50,324 bases of DNA from Tubiluchus corallicola (taxonomy: Eukaryota; Animalia; Priapulida), in contig JAQGDQ010001275.1 of NCBI GenBank assembly GCA_030141605.1, forward strand, positions 1 through 50,324. Direction: 5' to 3'. Below are positions 11,201 through 22,557 of the stretch, piece after piece. The notes beneath the pieces were generated by a model. It was not told the DNA's origin. It worked only from the letters and a program-made list of their open reading frames with translations, and searched no databases. A program made the position numbers and the translations under genes. The stretch's first letter is position 1; the number at the start of each line of letters is the position of its first letter.

Positions 11201-14200
11201 GCCGTGATTTTTAGTTTTGACCCATCAGACTCTAAATATAGCAGTTTAAGAGCATAATAAGGACGAACGTTGTGAGAAAATCTTTGTCATCTGTTAAAGA
11301 ATTTTCGAGATGCCGCGATTAAACAATACAAAACTTACCAAGCCAGAATTCACCATTAAGACTGCCAAAACCATTTTTATACGCATCCCATTTGCGAGCA
11401 AAATCCTCAGATCCATCAAACGTTTTTAGAAACACCTAAATTTGTAGAGAAGTTTAACTAAATGAATTAGCCATTCACGTGTATTATAGAATATCAATTA
11501 ATGAGTAGTGTAATGTGTAGAAAACCTCTTCTAGTAGGATATTTGAAACCACGAATATAATGAATTTTGGTTTTGTTCATTTCAAAAATCAATGCTATAA
11601 AATGTGAAAATCACAGAAAATAAATCTGTGTGTGTGTGTGCGCGTGCATGTGTGAGTGCGTGTGCGAGTGCGTGCATGCATGCGCGCATCCTTGTATGTA
11701 GCTCTGATTGCATATGCGAAATCTTTTACAAGCAGAGGTAGAGAGACTTCTTGGCCGTTTTTAGCTTTAATTTAAGCCGAACTGTGCAAATTATTGTTCT
11801 TAGTCATGTGATTTGCTTGTGCCACTATTTGTGTTTAGAGTAATCCAAGGTCAAGTATTTTTTGTTTAATATGACCCTAGAATTCTATTGGTATACTGTC
11901 TTAAGCAGTAATGATATATATATATAACCCAGCCATTGGGGCAGCAATCCAGCCAGTCCCAAGCCCGGGGTACAGGGAGAGGATTGTCAGGATAAGGCTA
12001 TCAACCCACTGGCATAAAAGCCCTCTTATGCTAAACAAATGCATGGTGAACCAAGATGAAATGTTTACCAGCTGATAGATGATATTAGGCAGATTGGTTA
12101 GAAAGAAAGGTGGTAAAGATAAATATATATATATATATTGTTCCTCTTTTAAGTAATTAAACATTGTACTTTGAATATTGTTTGTTAATATGGACACTAA
12201 TATTATATTATAATAATTCATGCTTCTTTCCGTTTAATTACCATACTACGGACTGCATTAGGGACACCGATGTTAGAGCATTGAATACTTTCAGTAAAAT
12301 TTATGTTTATTTTGGATTATTGCAAATCTTTTTTAGACTGAAGTCTGATGGTGATTATATTCTTCTACCGTCGGGTTCTCGCCGCCAGGGTCTTACCCTA
12401 TCACCCCTGGGCAGACTAAACTAGTGATATCGGTGTGCCAGGGGTCTCGGTTCGAAAACGACATCCTCAAACAGAACTATCAAAGCAAGAAACTTGGAGA
12501 TATTCACCCGCTTAAAAAGAGTGGTACGAGACCCAACCAAATAACTTAGCTTATCTAGTAACTTTGTAAAAATTAGATTGTTACTGTTAAATAAAATTCT
12601 CTTCTCATGACCGAAACATACAGTTGGCTAAACACGAAAAACACAGAAAACAATCTACCCTACTCAAGACAACCCTACCCTACTCAAGACAATCTACCCT
12701 AATCTGCTCAAAGAAACAGAATGTGGCACTTGCATTTATAGGCTTGCAGGTGAAAACAGGTGAATATTCGAATTTAGAGCCGTTCAGAATGCGGCGTTTA
12801 TGAATTTAATGAAACATGATATTTACCGTCCATCCACCCCCGTCTGTCTCCATGTCGCAATAAACATCCATTGGTTCTTCACTAATGCGAGGCTTTATCG
12901 TGTAAATTCCATTTTGGTCAAATCCCAATTCTCTCTGTGCTGCACAGTCTTCTGGTATTTCTACGTAATAAACCATTTAGCATGTAACTGTAGAATAGAT
13001 AACGATTTATGCTTAGCAAAACACTTTCTTAAACCACAAGAAAACACTCTTCAAAATAAAGCTGAAAATTCGTCTTAAAATTTTATATCCGTTACATGCA
13101 GTCTTACTGTATACAGAGCATTATCAGTGAATCTGTATAAAGTTTGTGAATTTGAACTCTCCTGATGACCGTTAGATGCAGTCATTTTAACAGGTCGACA
13201 GGTTAGTAAAATAAAAATGTTGATCATCTAAAATGTACAAAATTACGACTGATAAGCAGAAAAAGATACTTGTATAAGAATTTATAAATCAATCATTCAG
13301 ATAAACCATATGAAATATTGGTGATTATTGTAAAATAAATATTTACAAATTGTATGCACAAGAAAATTCAGGGGACCACTATCAAGAACATTCTCTAAAC
13401 CAGCAGAAAATTTTGAGAAAAGTATTGAAACTACAATTTTTATAGAAGTTTTGAAGAAGGATAAAAAGGGAGCCATGACCACATGATGAGAAGGGAGAGA
13501 GTTTCAAAGTGATGTAGTTCTGAGAAAGAAAGAGTTTTGCCTTACAATTTTGGAAGAAATGTCTAGGAAGAAAAAGTTTATAAGGATGATACCTAGTAAT
13601 GGCTGAAATAAGTCTGATTTTACTGTGACATTCAAATGTGTCAATTAAACATAGCTCAACTCTGGTGATTTTGAAAATCGTAATCAGGTCAGCTCTAAGC
13701 CTTCTAAGTTGTAGTGAGTAATTACTGAATGTATGTAATCATTCCTTATATGGACAACCCGTTTTCGAAGACCTGTCAGGGAACGTGCATGCGGATGATT
13801 TTTAAATAAGTTTAGTTTTCAGTAAGACCAGTATATGCGTTCTGACAAGACAGATTCGAGAACGGATTCCATACAGAGGAGCAATATTCCAGAATTGGTC
13901 TCATGTAAACACAGTCAGTTCTAATGAGAGCACATATGTCTTTCGAGAAAAAAAGACTTAAAATGACTTCACTAACATAAAATACATAACAGGTTATCAA
14001 GGTCCGCAATATAAAAACCGACTAACACCATTACCTTTAGGGTGAGTTTCACAGAATTTTTGCTCCAATACCAATTGCAGAATAGATAGAACAGATTCAA
14101 CCAAATTTAAGGCCTTGGTTAAGTCTTGCTCCTAGAAATCAATGATAAACATGTACATAAAAATGTTTTAACACGTTTAGCTTTGAGTTTTACAGGCAAA

Positions 14201-16507
14201 ATGCAAAAACTTTCAAAAATTCAAAAAGACGTCTGGAGGTCGGTTTTCTAATCTGCAATCCTTTGCAGTTACTGAAGTCTGACATTTGAGTGACAATAGA
14301 TTATCTAACCAACAAGGGATTGAAAACATGTAGAAAAATTTGCCACTATTAAGGTTCTCCAATAGAAATTTTCAAGACATTTCCTAGCCAAACTTTTCGT
14401 TGGATAGTGAGTTTAATTCATAATTGATTCAGAAAGTCAACGATAACTATGTCTGCCTTGTGCAATTTGCATTTTAATTTTTTTCTTGTAGTAATTGTAT
14501 TAATACAGAAGGGTGTCTTTTGTGAAGTGTCATGTTAAATATGTGCAGTATTTTAATTTTATTATTTGCTTTTCTTGAAGTTTCACAGATGTTTTTCCGC
14601 AGGCACTACAGTTTATAGAAAAGTAATGTCCGTATTTTGTCAGTAATGGGGTTCGTCAAGGTGGTTTCCTCTCGTCCCTGGTGTTTTCATTATATATTAT
14701 TGATCTTCCAAAAAAGATATGAACTGTGAGGTCTGCCACGTGTCGCTTATCTCAATGATACACCTATTAATCACTTATTTTGTCCTAACAATCTGTGTTT
14801 AATTGCTCCCTCTACACAGGCATCGCAAAAATTACTTGACTGCTCTAAAGAATCTGATGATGTAGAATAAGAATATGTAATTAATACTTAGAAAACGAAA
14901 TCTTTGTATTCTATTTCAAATGCATTTAGGAATGCTAGTTTTATTAACGTAACTTTGCAAGGAGAACTTACTGAACTCGAACATGAAAAAAATGTCTTGG
15001 GTCACATAATTGATGATAATTGTAAAGACTATGCTGATATTCTAAATCAATTGAGCTTTTTTTATTAAATTTAATTATTATTCTTTGCTGAAGTTTTATT
15101 TTTTGCTTTGCTGATGTGAATACATTCTCGTTAAAACCTATTGTCGATTTTATTGTTCTAACCTCTTATTGTTCTTTTTGTTCTAACATCTGGGTCACTT
15201 TTAGTCTTGACACTATTGGAAAATTAAAAAGGAAAGTTTGTTTACCGTAGAGGAACCTCAGCGTTCGGAATATGTGTCGAAAATGGCCTAATCATTTTAA
15301 AGTGATTTTACGTAAAAGTACTTCTAGCCATCATCAGGGAGTTTCAAGTTCATGCAATGAAATCATACGCAGTTTTAGTCTTAATACTGATATCATTTAA
15401 CTTCGAATATTTTTGCTTATTGGGAATAGAAACTTAACAGCCCTTGTTTACATATATAGCTTACTAATTCTCTGTTCTTTGTGCAAATGTTTGTTTCATT
15501 TGTCTTGTAGTAACATTTTTAATTGTGACTTTTAACTAAACTTTGTACGTTGTTCTATGGCACTTTTTACGTAACGAGATAAACATAAAATGAAATGGCA
15601 ATAAATAACAAGATTTGACTTTTCTTCCTCATTTTGCCTTGGATCGAGGAAAGTTTTTTTCTTGTTCAATTCCGAAAGATGTCCGTATTATCTCGTAAAC
15701 CAACGATGTATCTTCTACACTAAAGGATGAAGAAGCAAAAAAAAGTTTTGCTTCACTAAGCATCGAACCACAACTTGGGAAATCACTGTAACAAAAAACG
15801 GTTCAATTTCTAGGCTTATCAAGAACAATGAACATTTTTCTCACCATTGCGCTCAATCTGTTATCAACAGTCTGCAATCTATCCTCCTGATGTGCAACAA
15901 AGTCATCATTTTCTGCAGCATTTTCTAAGACTATGGAGTTTGTATTCAAGGATGACGTAGCCCAAGCCTTAAAACACAATGATTAATAACATGAAAACTG
16001 CACACAAACATCAAATGGCAAATAAACCAATTGCATATGTATTTGTAATACCAAATTCTGTGACTGGGGTAAAGAAAAAAGCAGACAGCTTTTCAAATAA
16101 GTTTCATAGGTGACATCAACATTTTCTATATTATTTGCTAGTTTTGTCTAATCGGTGAAAGATTGTCATTAAAATATATACTTAATTAATTTACTATTAT
16201 TTTTTAAGCAAATTAAAGCTTCGTATCACAGTTTTGCATTAAAGCAAAATTAAGTTAAGCAATATTTTAGTAGTAGTAGCAGCAGCACCAGCAGCAGTGG
16301 CAGCAGCAACAGTAGTGGTCAAAAATTAGTATCGATAGTAAACATTAAACTTTACACGTGCATGTGCTTATACGTACACTTGCATGTGCACGCACATTAA
16401 ACTATTACATGTGCTTACACGTACACGTATATGTGCACATATATTAAACTATTACATGTACTTACGTAGTTCAAAAGTAAAATCGTCCATACTAAAATTT
16501 TCATCAT
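8257..16507 (-). CDS. FReD copy 2: secreted coiled-coil + fibrinogen-related-domain protein (ficolin/tachylectin-5-like), about 292 aa, 7 exons, apparently intact
   Basis: Exons 16507-16466, 15967-15845, 14131-14035, 12960-12827, 11435-11339, 9881-9714, 8474-8257. All introns are GT-AG with compatible phases (0,0,1,0,1,1); 879 nt with no internal stop. Motifs: signal [80 protein letters not shown]. Confidence 0.88.
8625..8880 (+). mobile_element. Possible tRNA-derived SINE relic in intron 6
   Basis: A-box-like AAGCCCAGTTGGTAAAG at the head of a GC-richer 250-bp block shared with 35355-35610, 47025-47270 and (inverted, partial) 1355-1550. The B-box is unclear. Confidence 0.3.
9926..11035. mobile_element. 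Foldback/MITE-like element in intron 5 with inverted arrays of about 15-bp subrepeats and a nested hAT-type MITE (about 10311-10898)
   Basis: Left arm has AAAAATGGCACAGG-like units plus TTAGGTTTAGGGTTA; right arm has the complementary TTTTCCTGTGCCAT-like units. The nested element has degenerate CAGGGGCGTAGC...GCTACGCCCCTG-type ends. Paralogs at 24245-26195 and 48578-49203. Confidence 0.55.
11922..11986 (+). ncRNA. Twister ribozyme-like motif (P1 type, degenerate copy) heading an element of about 195 bp (11926-12122) flanked by (TA)n
   Basis: T|AA-CCC-AGC...CCAG-TCCCAAGC-CCGG...GGA-GAGGA matches the twister core as I recall it; this copy has mismatches in P4 and T1. Confidence 0.55.
13500..13960 (-). 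mobile_element. Degraded CR1-like LINE ORF2 fragment in intron 3
   Basis: [15 protein letters not shown]; the paralog at 27850-28200/38503-38853 gives LELRRLR. Frameshifted. Confidence 0.65.
14625..15600 (+). mobile_element. Degraded non-LTR reverse-transcriptase fragment in intron 2
   Basis: [21 protein letters not shown] (GVRQG..LSP motif), a degenerate YADD region, VLGHII..NCKD.ADI, an AT-rich 3'UTR and tail; many stops. Confidence 0.75.
16340..16465. repeat. About 47-bp minisatellite (ACATTAAACTATTACATGTGCTTATACGTACAC...) at the start of intron 1
   Basis: About 3 units here, about 5 at 30450-30683 and 41103-41336, one at 441-465. Confidence 0.75.
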
Positions 16508-16561
16508 TGCAGAAAGTATGCAACGCATGCTGTCTGTTTGAATGCTTTATGCTTTCTAGAC

Positions 16562-17052
16562 GACTAAGTGTGAGGAGTTGCTTCTTTTATTTAGGCCTCG
16601 GGTTTTGATGTTTAAATAATTAAACACTTATTGGCGCCATAGAAACTCTTGAGTTACATTTCATTTCGCTTTTAATATGACATTTTCCGGCACTTGACAT
16701 ATGTAAATAAGTTAATGCTTGTACAAATATCCGTAATATATGCTAGACAAATAACACAGAAGATTTGCATTTTAACTTCTGGTATTTTAGGAGTGACATG
16801 TAACGTTAACACTAATTTGTTAGTGTTAACGTAGATGTTAGATATTGTGTAGAGTGGGCCACGCATGCGCCTGCATTACAATATCGTGCATTCATTTATT
16901 GACGTTTTGATGTTTAAATAATTAAACACTTATTGGCGCCATAGAAACTCTTGAGCTACAATTCATTTCGCTTTTAATATGACATTTTCCGGTACTTGAC
17001 ATATGTAAATAAGTTATTGCTCGTACAAATATCCGTAATATATGCTAGACAA
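16562..17052 (-). promoter_or_regulatory. Putative promoter of copy 2 with a duplicated proximal module
   Basis: TATA-like 16584-16593 and Inr-like TTAGTC 16562-16567. A block of about 150 bp (16603-16750) is repeated at 16905-17052. Confidence 0.5.
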
Positions 17053-18344
17053 GCATAAAATTAAATTTTTACTTCTTGTTTGTTATCAATTTTCGACTTA
17101 CAATTGTATGAAAATAAATAAATGCATGATATTGTGACGAAGACCCATGCGTGGCCCACTTTATTCTGTAGTATGACAGTAGTTACAAACAAGTGTTAAC
17201 GTTACAATCCACCCCTAAAATACCACAATTTTAAATCCGATTCTTCTGAATTATTTTTCTGCACATATTTCGACCTTTATTGGCTAAATCTTCACGCCTT
17301 TTTCTTTTAACCAGTCAGGTTTCGTTTTGGATCTGACTCTGACATGTACACTAATTTGGGAAGATTATAAAGAGACGGTTAATGCATACTGTAATTAGGA
17401 GCTGGAGTGATGATCTGGTTGATAGAGGTGGTTCATCTTCTTGTCTGAGCTTTCTTCTGACCAGACCTAAAGTTTTCCTGTTACCAGCTGTATAGGTAGC
17501 TTAGTACAGTTTGTTTTGGTTTACTTTTCTGTTATGCTTTCCTTTAATTTTCTATAGAGCCTGTCTTAATTGGTTTAACAAACCTTGCAAATAATCTAAA
17601 TTTGCTTCAACTGAAGTTAGCAAACAACATCTAATAGTGTTATTCAATTTAACTGTGTTTTTTTTCTAGTTATGTTGAAACCATTATTAGGCAGCTCTGC
17701 TCCGTTTCTGCAAGCCCAAACCACTCCCAGGTGGCGAGGCGCCACCAGCACCTCAAGATATTATCATAATGGAGATTTATGTTTTAATCGATGGGACTTT
17801 ATGCAGAGTTAGTCACAAGCCTTTTTCAAACATAGTTATGATGATTAATTCGGGTTCTTGCTTTGCCAGGGCGGAAGCATTGGCAGGGGCGTAGCTAATA
17901 GGGGAGCAGGGGGAGCAAGGGGAGCAATATCTGTCCTTGATCACATTTTTCAAAATTGGCGCCTTTTCAAAAACGAAAATTATTACTTTATTACTTTATT
18001 TACTTTATTTGGCCAACTTGCTCCCCGTGCTTTGAAATGACCGTGCATTTACGTAACTCACTGTTGACGGATTGGATCGAAATTGTTATACAATGATAGC
18101 ATTGGTCTGCTAATTAGGCAAATTTAGGCAGACTAATTAGGCAAAATATAATCAAGCGCATCATGTCACCACGTTAATTAAATGTACGTGTACTTAAGGG
18201 TTACCTGTCACTGACCTCAGCACAAGGGAAAGGTGTAAAGAATAAACATAATCGAATTAAAGCCTTGGATACATGTACTGATGTCAAGAACAAGAGTTAC
18301 TCTGCCCAATGGACCAATCGGCATTCAGCTGAATCTGTTAAGTC

Positions 18345-18640
18345 GGCAGAAGACACGACCATGATGACCATCTCAGCAGAGGTCTGTTGCTAGGGCAGTT
18401 ATTTATAACTCAGCAGAAGATGTTACCATGGCGACAGCTCAGCAGAGGTCATTTGCTAAGGAAGTTATTTATTAATCAGCAGAAGCTGTTACCATGGCGA
18501 CAGGTCAGCAGAAGTCCTTTGCTAGTGCAGTTATTTATAACTCAGCAGAAGATGTTACCATAGTGATAAGTCACCAGAAGACGTTACCAAGATGACAGGC
18601 CAGCAGAAGTTCATTGCTAGGAAAAGTTATTTATAACTAT
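18345..18640. repeat. 66-bp tandem repeat (about 4 units) inside a larger dispersed element
   Basis: CAGCAGAAG anchors at 18411, 18477 and 18543; paralog at 32240-32600. Confidence 0.8.
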
Positions 18641-20272
18641 GTGACAATGACTAGAAATGGTGTATCTAAACTTAGGAACAGCAAGTTGTGTAAAATGGGC
18701 TGCAGGGCTGGCAGCTGAAAGTGAGGATTCTGGACTTCACTCATGTGCTCCACTACCGTGCATTGTTCTCTATAAGACTTTTCCTGATTGACAAGATGTG
18801 TTAGATATATGTATTATAATAAAGCTATACATTTGTGCTGATGTTATATTGGACTTTATACTTCTTTATTCAACACACGAGCTTAATAGTTTGCATTTTA
18901 TGCTTAATCATCCACTACAGCTATAATCTATAAAACATGCATACAGACTTATTCATCATTACTACCTTTGCTGTTGAATTTCCAATGCAAAAGACCACCA
19001 TGTTTCACGCCTTTTGCATGAGTGAGCGAGAATGACGTATGAGGTTCAGAAAGCATCTTTGGATACCGATGTTTGTTTTCTTATCTTTGGTGAACTCGTG
19101 ACTGTACTCATAACGTCATTCGTCTCGAATAACGAGAAATGGCAGTTCTCCAAATTTAATACCACTAACATTGAATTGGTAAATTATGTTATCTTGTTCA
19201 TCCTAGTTCATCTTTGCTTTGTGTCTTATTTTTTAAAGTATTTTATAATTCGCCTAATTCATTACTTTTGCCTAATTTTCTTTATATTTTGCTTTATTAG
19301 GATTAATTTGGGAAAATTTTTAACTTGTTTAATTTAGTACTTTTATCTAATTTTTCTTTCAGTCGGCATCTTATTTTAAAAGTATTTTATGACTTATCTG
19401 TTTTAGTATTTTAGTGTTGTGTTCAGTTTTTCAAAAACCCACAACTTGTTTAAAAATTTAGTTAGTTCTTTCTGCTCACACAGAGTGGTGTGAACAGACT
19501 ATTTTGCAACGCGTGTGTGTCGAGGACGCGAGGCACGTGACACCAAGAAAGTTTCTGATTGGCCATAAGCATTTTGGCGAGTGGAAAGTTTTTGTTCTAG
19601 TTTTAACAGACGAGATGATAGATATATGACAATAGTACCTGCCGCTATCCATTTAGAAACCACATCACCAATTGCACGAAAGATACAAGGGCTTTAGCTG
19701 TGTTAAGTAAAGTGCTTATATATTTTGTGCTGGCTCAAATTGCTGTCAGGCCCAAGAGCCTTGACATTGAACTCACGATACCTAAGTTCCAAGATTTGAG
19801 AACATACTTCATGCATTCTTTGATATTCTCACATTGGGCAGAGTACGTGATTACAGAGAAAGAGGCGAACATTGAGAATTCTTTAAGGGCCCGATGCTGT
19901 ATCTGATAGAGAATTGTTTGACTTAAACTGATATTGCAAAACATCGATTGCAGTATGCATTTTGTATCCATATTTGATTTTATTATCTTAATCCTTATTT
20001 AGCATGTCATTAATGAATCCATTGTGTGCTTGATGTGTTGTGAAAAGGAAAAAACACAAAAAGAAATCTTTATTTAGTCTAATTTTGCACTTAGATGATG
20101 TTAGAATTGATGACGTTATGTGTAACAAATAACAGTGTATCTTTTATCTAATCTAATTTGATCTAATCTAGTAATCTATTTGTTACCTAATCTAGTGTCT
20201 ATATAATTTTTTGCTTTTTGCTTCTCTAAACTCGTAACCAGTGTGTAATAGACAAATAACAGCCAATCACCA

Positions 20273-20398
<126 letters not shown>

Positions 20399-20497
20399 GA
20401 TTCGTGTATCTCTTATTTCAGCTATAGAGGGAGCCACTTACTATGGCCACGTTACAGTTTCAAGTGAAAGAGGTCACCACATTTAGTCAGTTTATAG

Positions 20498-20499
<2 letters not shown>

Positions 20500-20529
<30 letters not shown>

Positions 20530-20870
20530 AGATAATATTTATTTTCATCGGTATTTCAAACAGTACATATTTGTAAAACATGAGCTTAAAGCTCGTAAAC
20601 CGATATCAAACATAATGTATATGAGCAATAACATCGTAATAATATGTACTTCTTAAAATCTTTTGGATGCCACCTACATGACGACAGTAAAATTTTAGGC
20701 AGTAACGTTTTCTAAAATTTACACAAAAAGCTATCTAGGTCAATAAAAATTTTTCCTGCCAACACATTCAGCATTTAATTACGACTTAACAAAATTGGGA
20801 AGTTCGCTGAATTTACAAATTGCACATTTACATGATACACCAGTCCATGAGTTAATTAGACGTTTAATAG
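20500..20870 (-). mobile_element. 5'-truncated LINE insertion with (TTATC)n tail and short target-site duplication
   Basis: Minus strand reads IKRLINSWTGVSCKCAICKF..., a W...CxC..C ORF2 end, then a 3'UTR, AATAAA and (TTATC)7. It is flanked by ATAGTT on both sides; the empty site is at about 44977-44985. Confidence 0.75.
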
Positions 20871-20989
20871 TTTTGTTTAATATTTATTTATGCTGTTCTA
20901 TTTTATATTTTAAGTAATACTAACATGCCATGGACTATTATGGAAACATTGTGTACATAACTTAAAAACTAAATAAATTCTATTCTACA

Positions 20990-21690
20990 TTTTTTAATAT
21001 GGGACCACAAGGAGGAACGGTAGGAGCCATAAACCCCAAAAATGGCTATTTTTGTCCGTTTTTTTGCAAACCTTTTATTGAGATTTGGAATGGACCGTGG
21101 CAGTGCTTACGGTTTTTGGATAGCCCGTTCAATGGTGGATGTAGTAGGTACATTTAGGTCCCGATGTAGAGACTTCTCTCGCAACTTGTTGCAACGTATG
21201 AATGGCTTGGCAATTTTTCTTAGGCAGAAGTTGTGCAACAAGTTGCGAGAGAAGTCTCTACATGACTTCGCCTGAAGGCGCAATCAGAATACACTGCGTC
21301 CCGCACGGTCTTGTTTTCTCGAAATTCGATGCCTAATGGGACTCTTTGAAAGGAGATACATAAAAAGATGTATAAATATAGTCAACACATGTTTAGAAAG
21401 AGCGTAATTGGGGTTATACTCCAACGAAAGTGACTTTTGGGGTCGCCTCCACCATACCCAGTATGCTACAGGTTCATTGAAGGTTACATTTTAAATGATT
21501 CTGGCTTGGAAAACTGCTGACGTTTTACATTGTTCTGATATCGTTCCGTTGTACTCAATGTGTGACTTTATTTCACTAAAAGCTGCTGCTGGTTTTGCTT
21601 TAAATAATCAATAAACGAACACTATGTAGAATGTTCGTGCAATATCGAGCATACGTGCATTAAACGCAAAGTCGTTTGCGGGGTGTTTGA
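20990..21690 (+). mobile_element. Interspersed repeat with internal palindrome (6890-7600 family)
   Basis: TAGAGACTTCTCTCGCAACTTGTTGC...GCAACAAGTTGCGAGAGAAGTCTCTA at 21167-21260. Confidence 0.6.
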
Positions 21691-21864
21691 TAGTAATATA
21701 TTAAGTCACCCGATATGATTTTGTGATTGTGAAATCTAAGGAAACTGCACAAACACTTTAACAATGCTTTTAACTTGCTTAATTTATTTCTTCAACATCA
21801 ACGATTACACATGATTACAATGTAGCTAGGCAAATTTGTCTTAATCTAAAAATCAGTATTTTTC

Positions 21865-22237
21865 TCATTAGAACAACACAACTTTTAATAAAATTTTAAT
21901 TTACAAGTGTTTAAAAAGCGTGTCCAAACGTTTCAACTGCAGCTTGCAGCCATCACCAGTAATAGACTTATAAGACTAATAGACTTATACAAACAAACAA
22001 CCAGTTTTACAGGTAGGCTTTATAGTACAGAAAATATATACAATATATATATTTATGTATAATATATGTATGTACTTCCTTGTAACTACATGAGCTTAAT
22101 TTTCTGTAATGTAGTTCTGGCTATAAAACAGTTTGTTTATTTATATAAGTCTATCACTGATGACGACTGCAGTTGAAACGTTTGGGACACGTTATTTTAA
22201 ATAGTTGTAAACTGAAGTTATGTTGTTTTAATAATAA
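21865..22237. mobile_element. Penelope-like inverted repeat with hammerhead-like core
   Basis: CTGATGA-C-GACTGCAGTT-GAAACGTT at 22157-22182, with an inverted partner arm at about 21870-22010. Confidence 0.5.
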
Positions 22238-22557
22238 AGGCTTTGAAGTTTCTGTTAAAATTGATCAGTTTTTTTTCATTATACAGATTTGGCAGTATTT
22301 CTTTATAGATTACGTAATGTAAACATACTCTTTTACACAGTAGGCTTAACCTCTCCCAATAATAACAAAAAGCACCAACTTAATTGGAAATGAAATTAAC
22401 AAGACTATGCACATTCTATTATTATAAAAACAGTTATTATATGCGCTACATTATTATTAAAACGTAAGCTTTAAGTGGCATTACAAATTCGAATTTAGAT
22501 CACGTTTAATTTTTGCCATTTATGTTTATGGATAAAGGTAACGTACATTTAACTTAT

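Noticed and set aside
16052-16147. Possible extra exon [21 protein letters not shown]...
   Set aside because: Weak donor, a 2-bp frameshift in copies 3 and 4, and it would interrupt the signal peptide.
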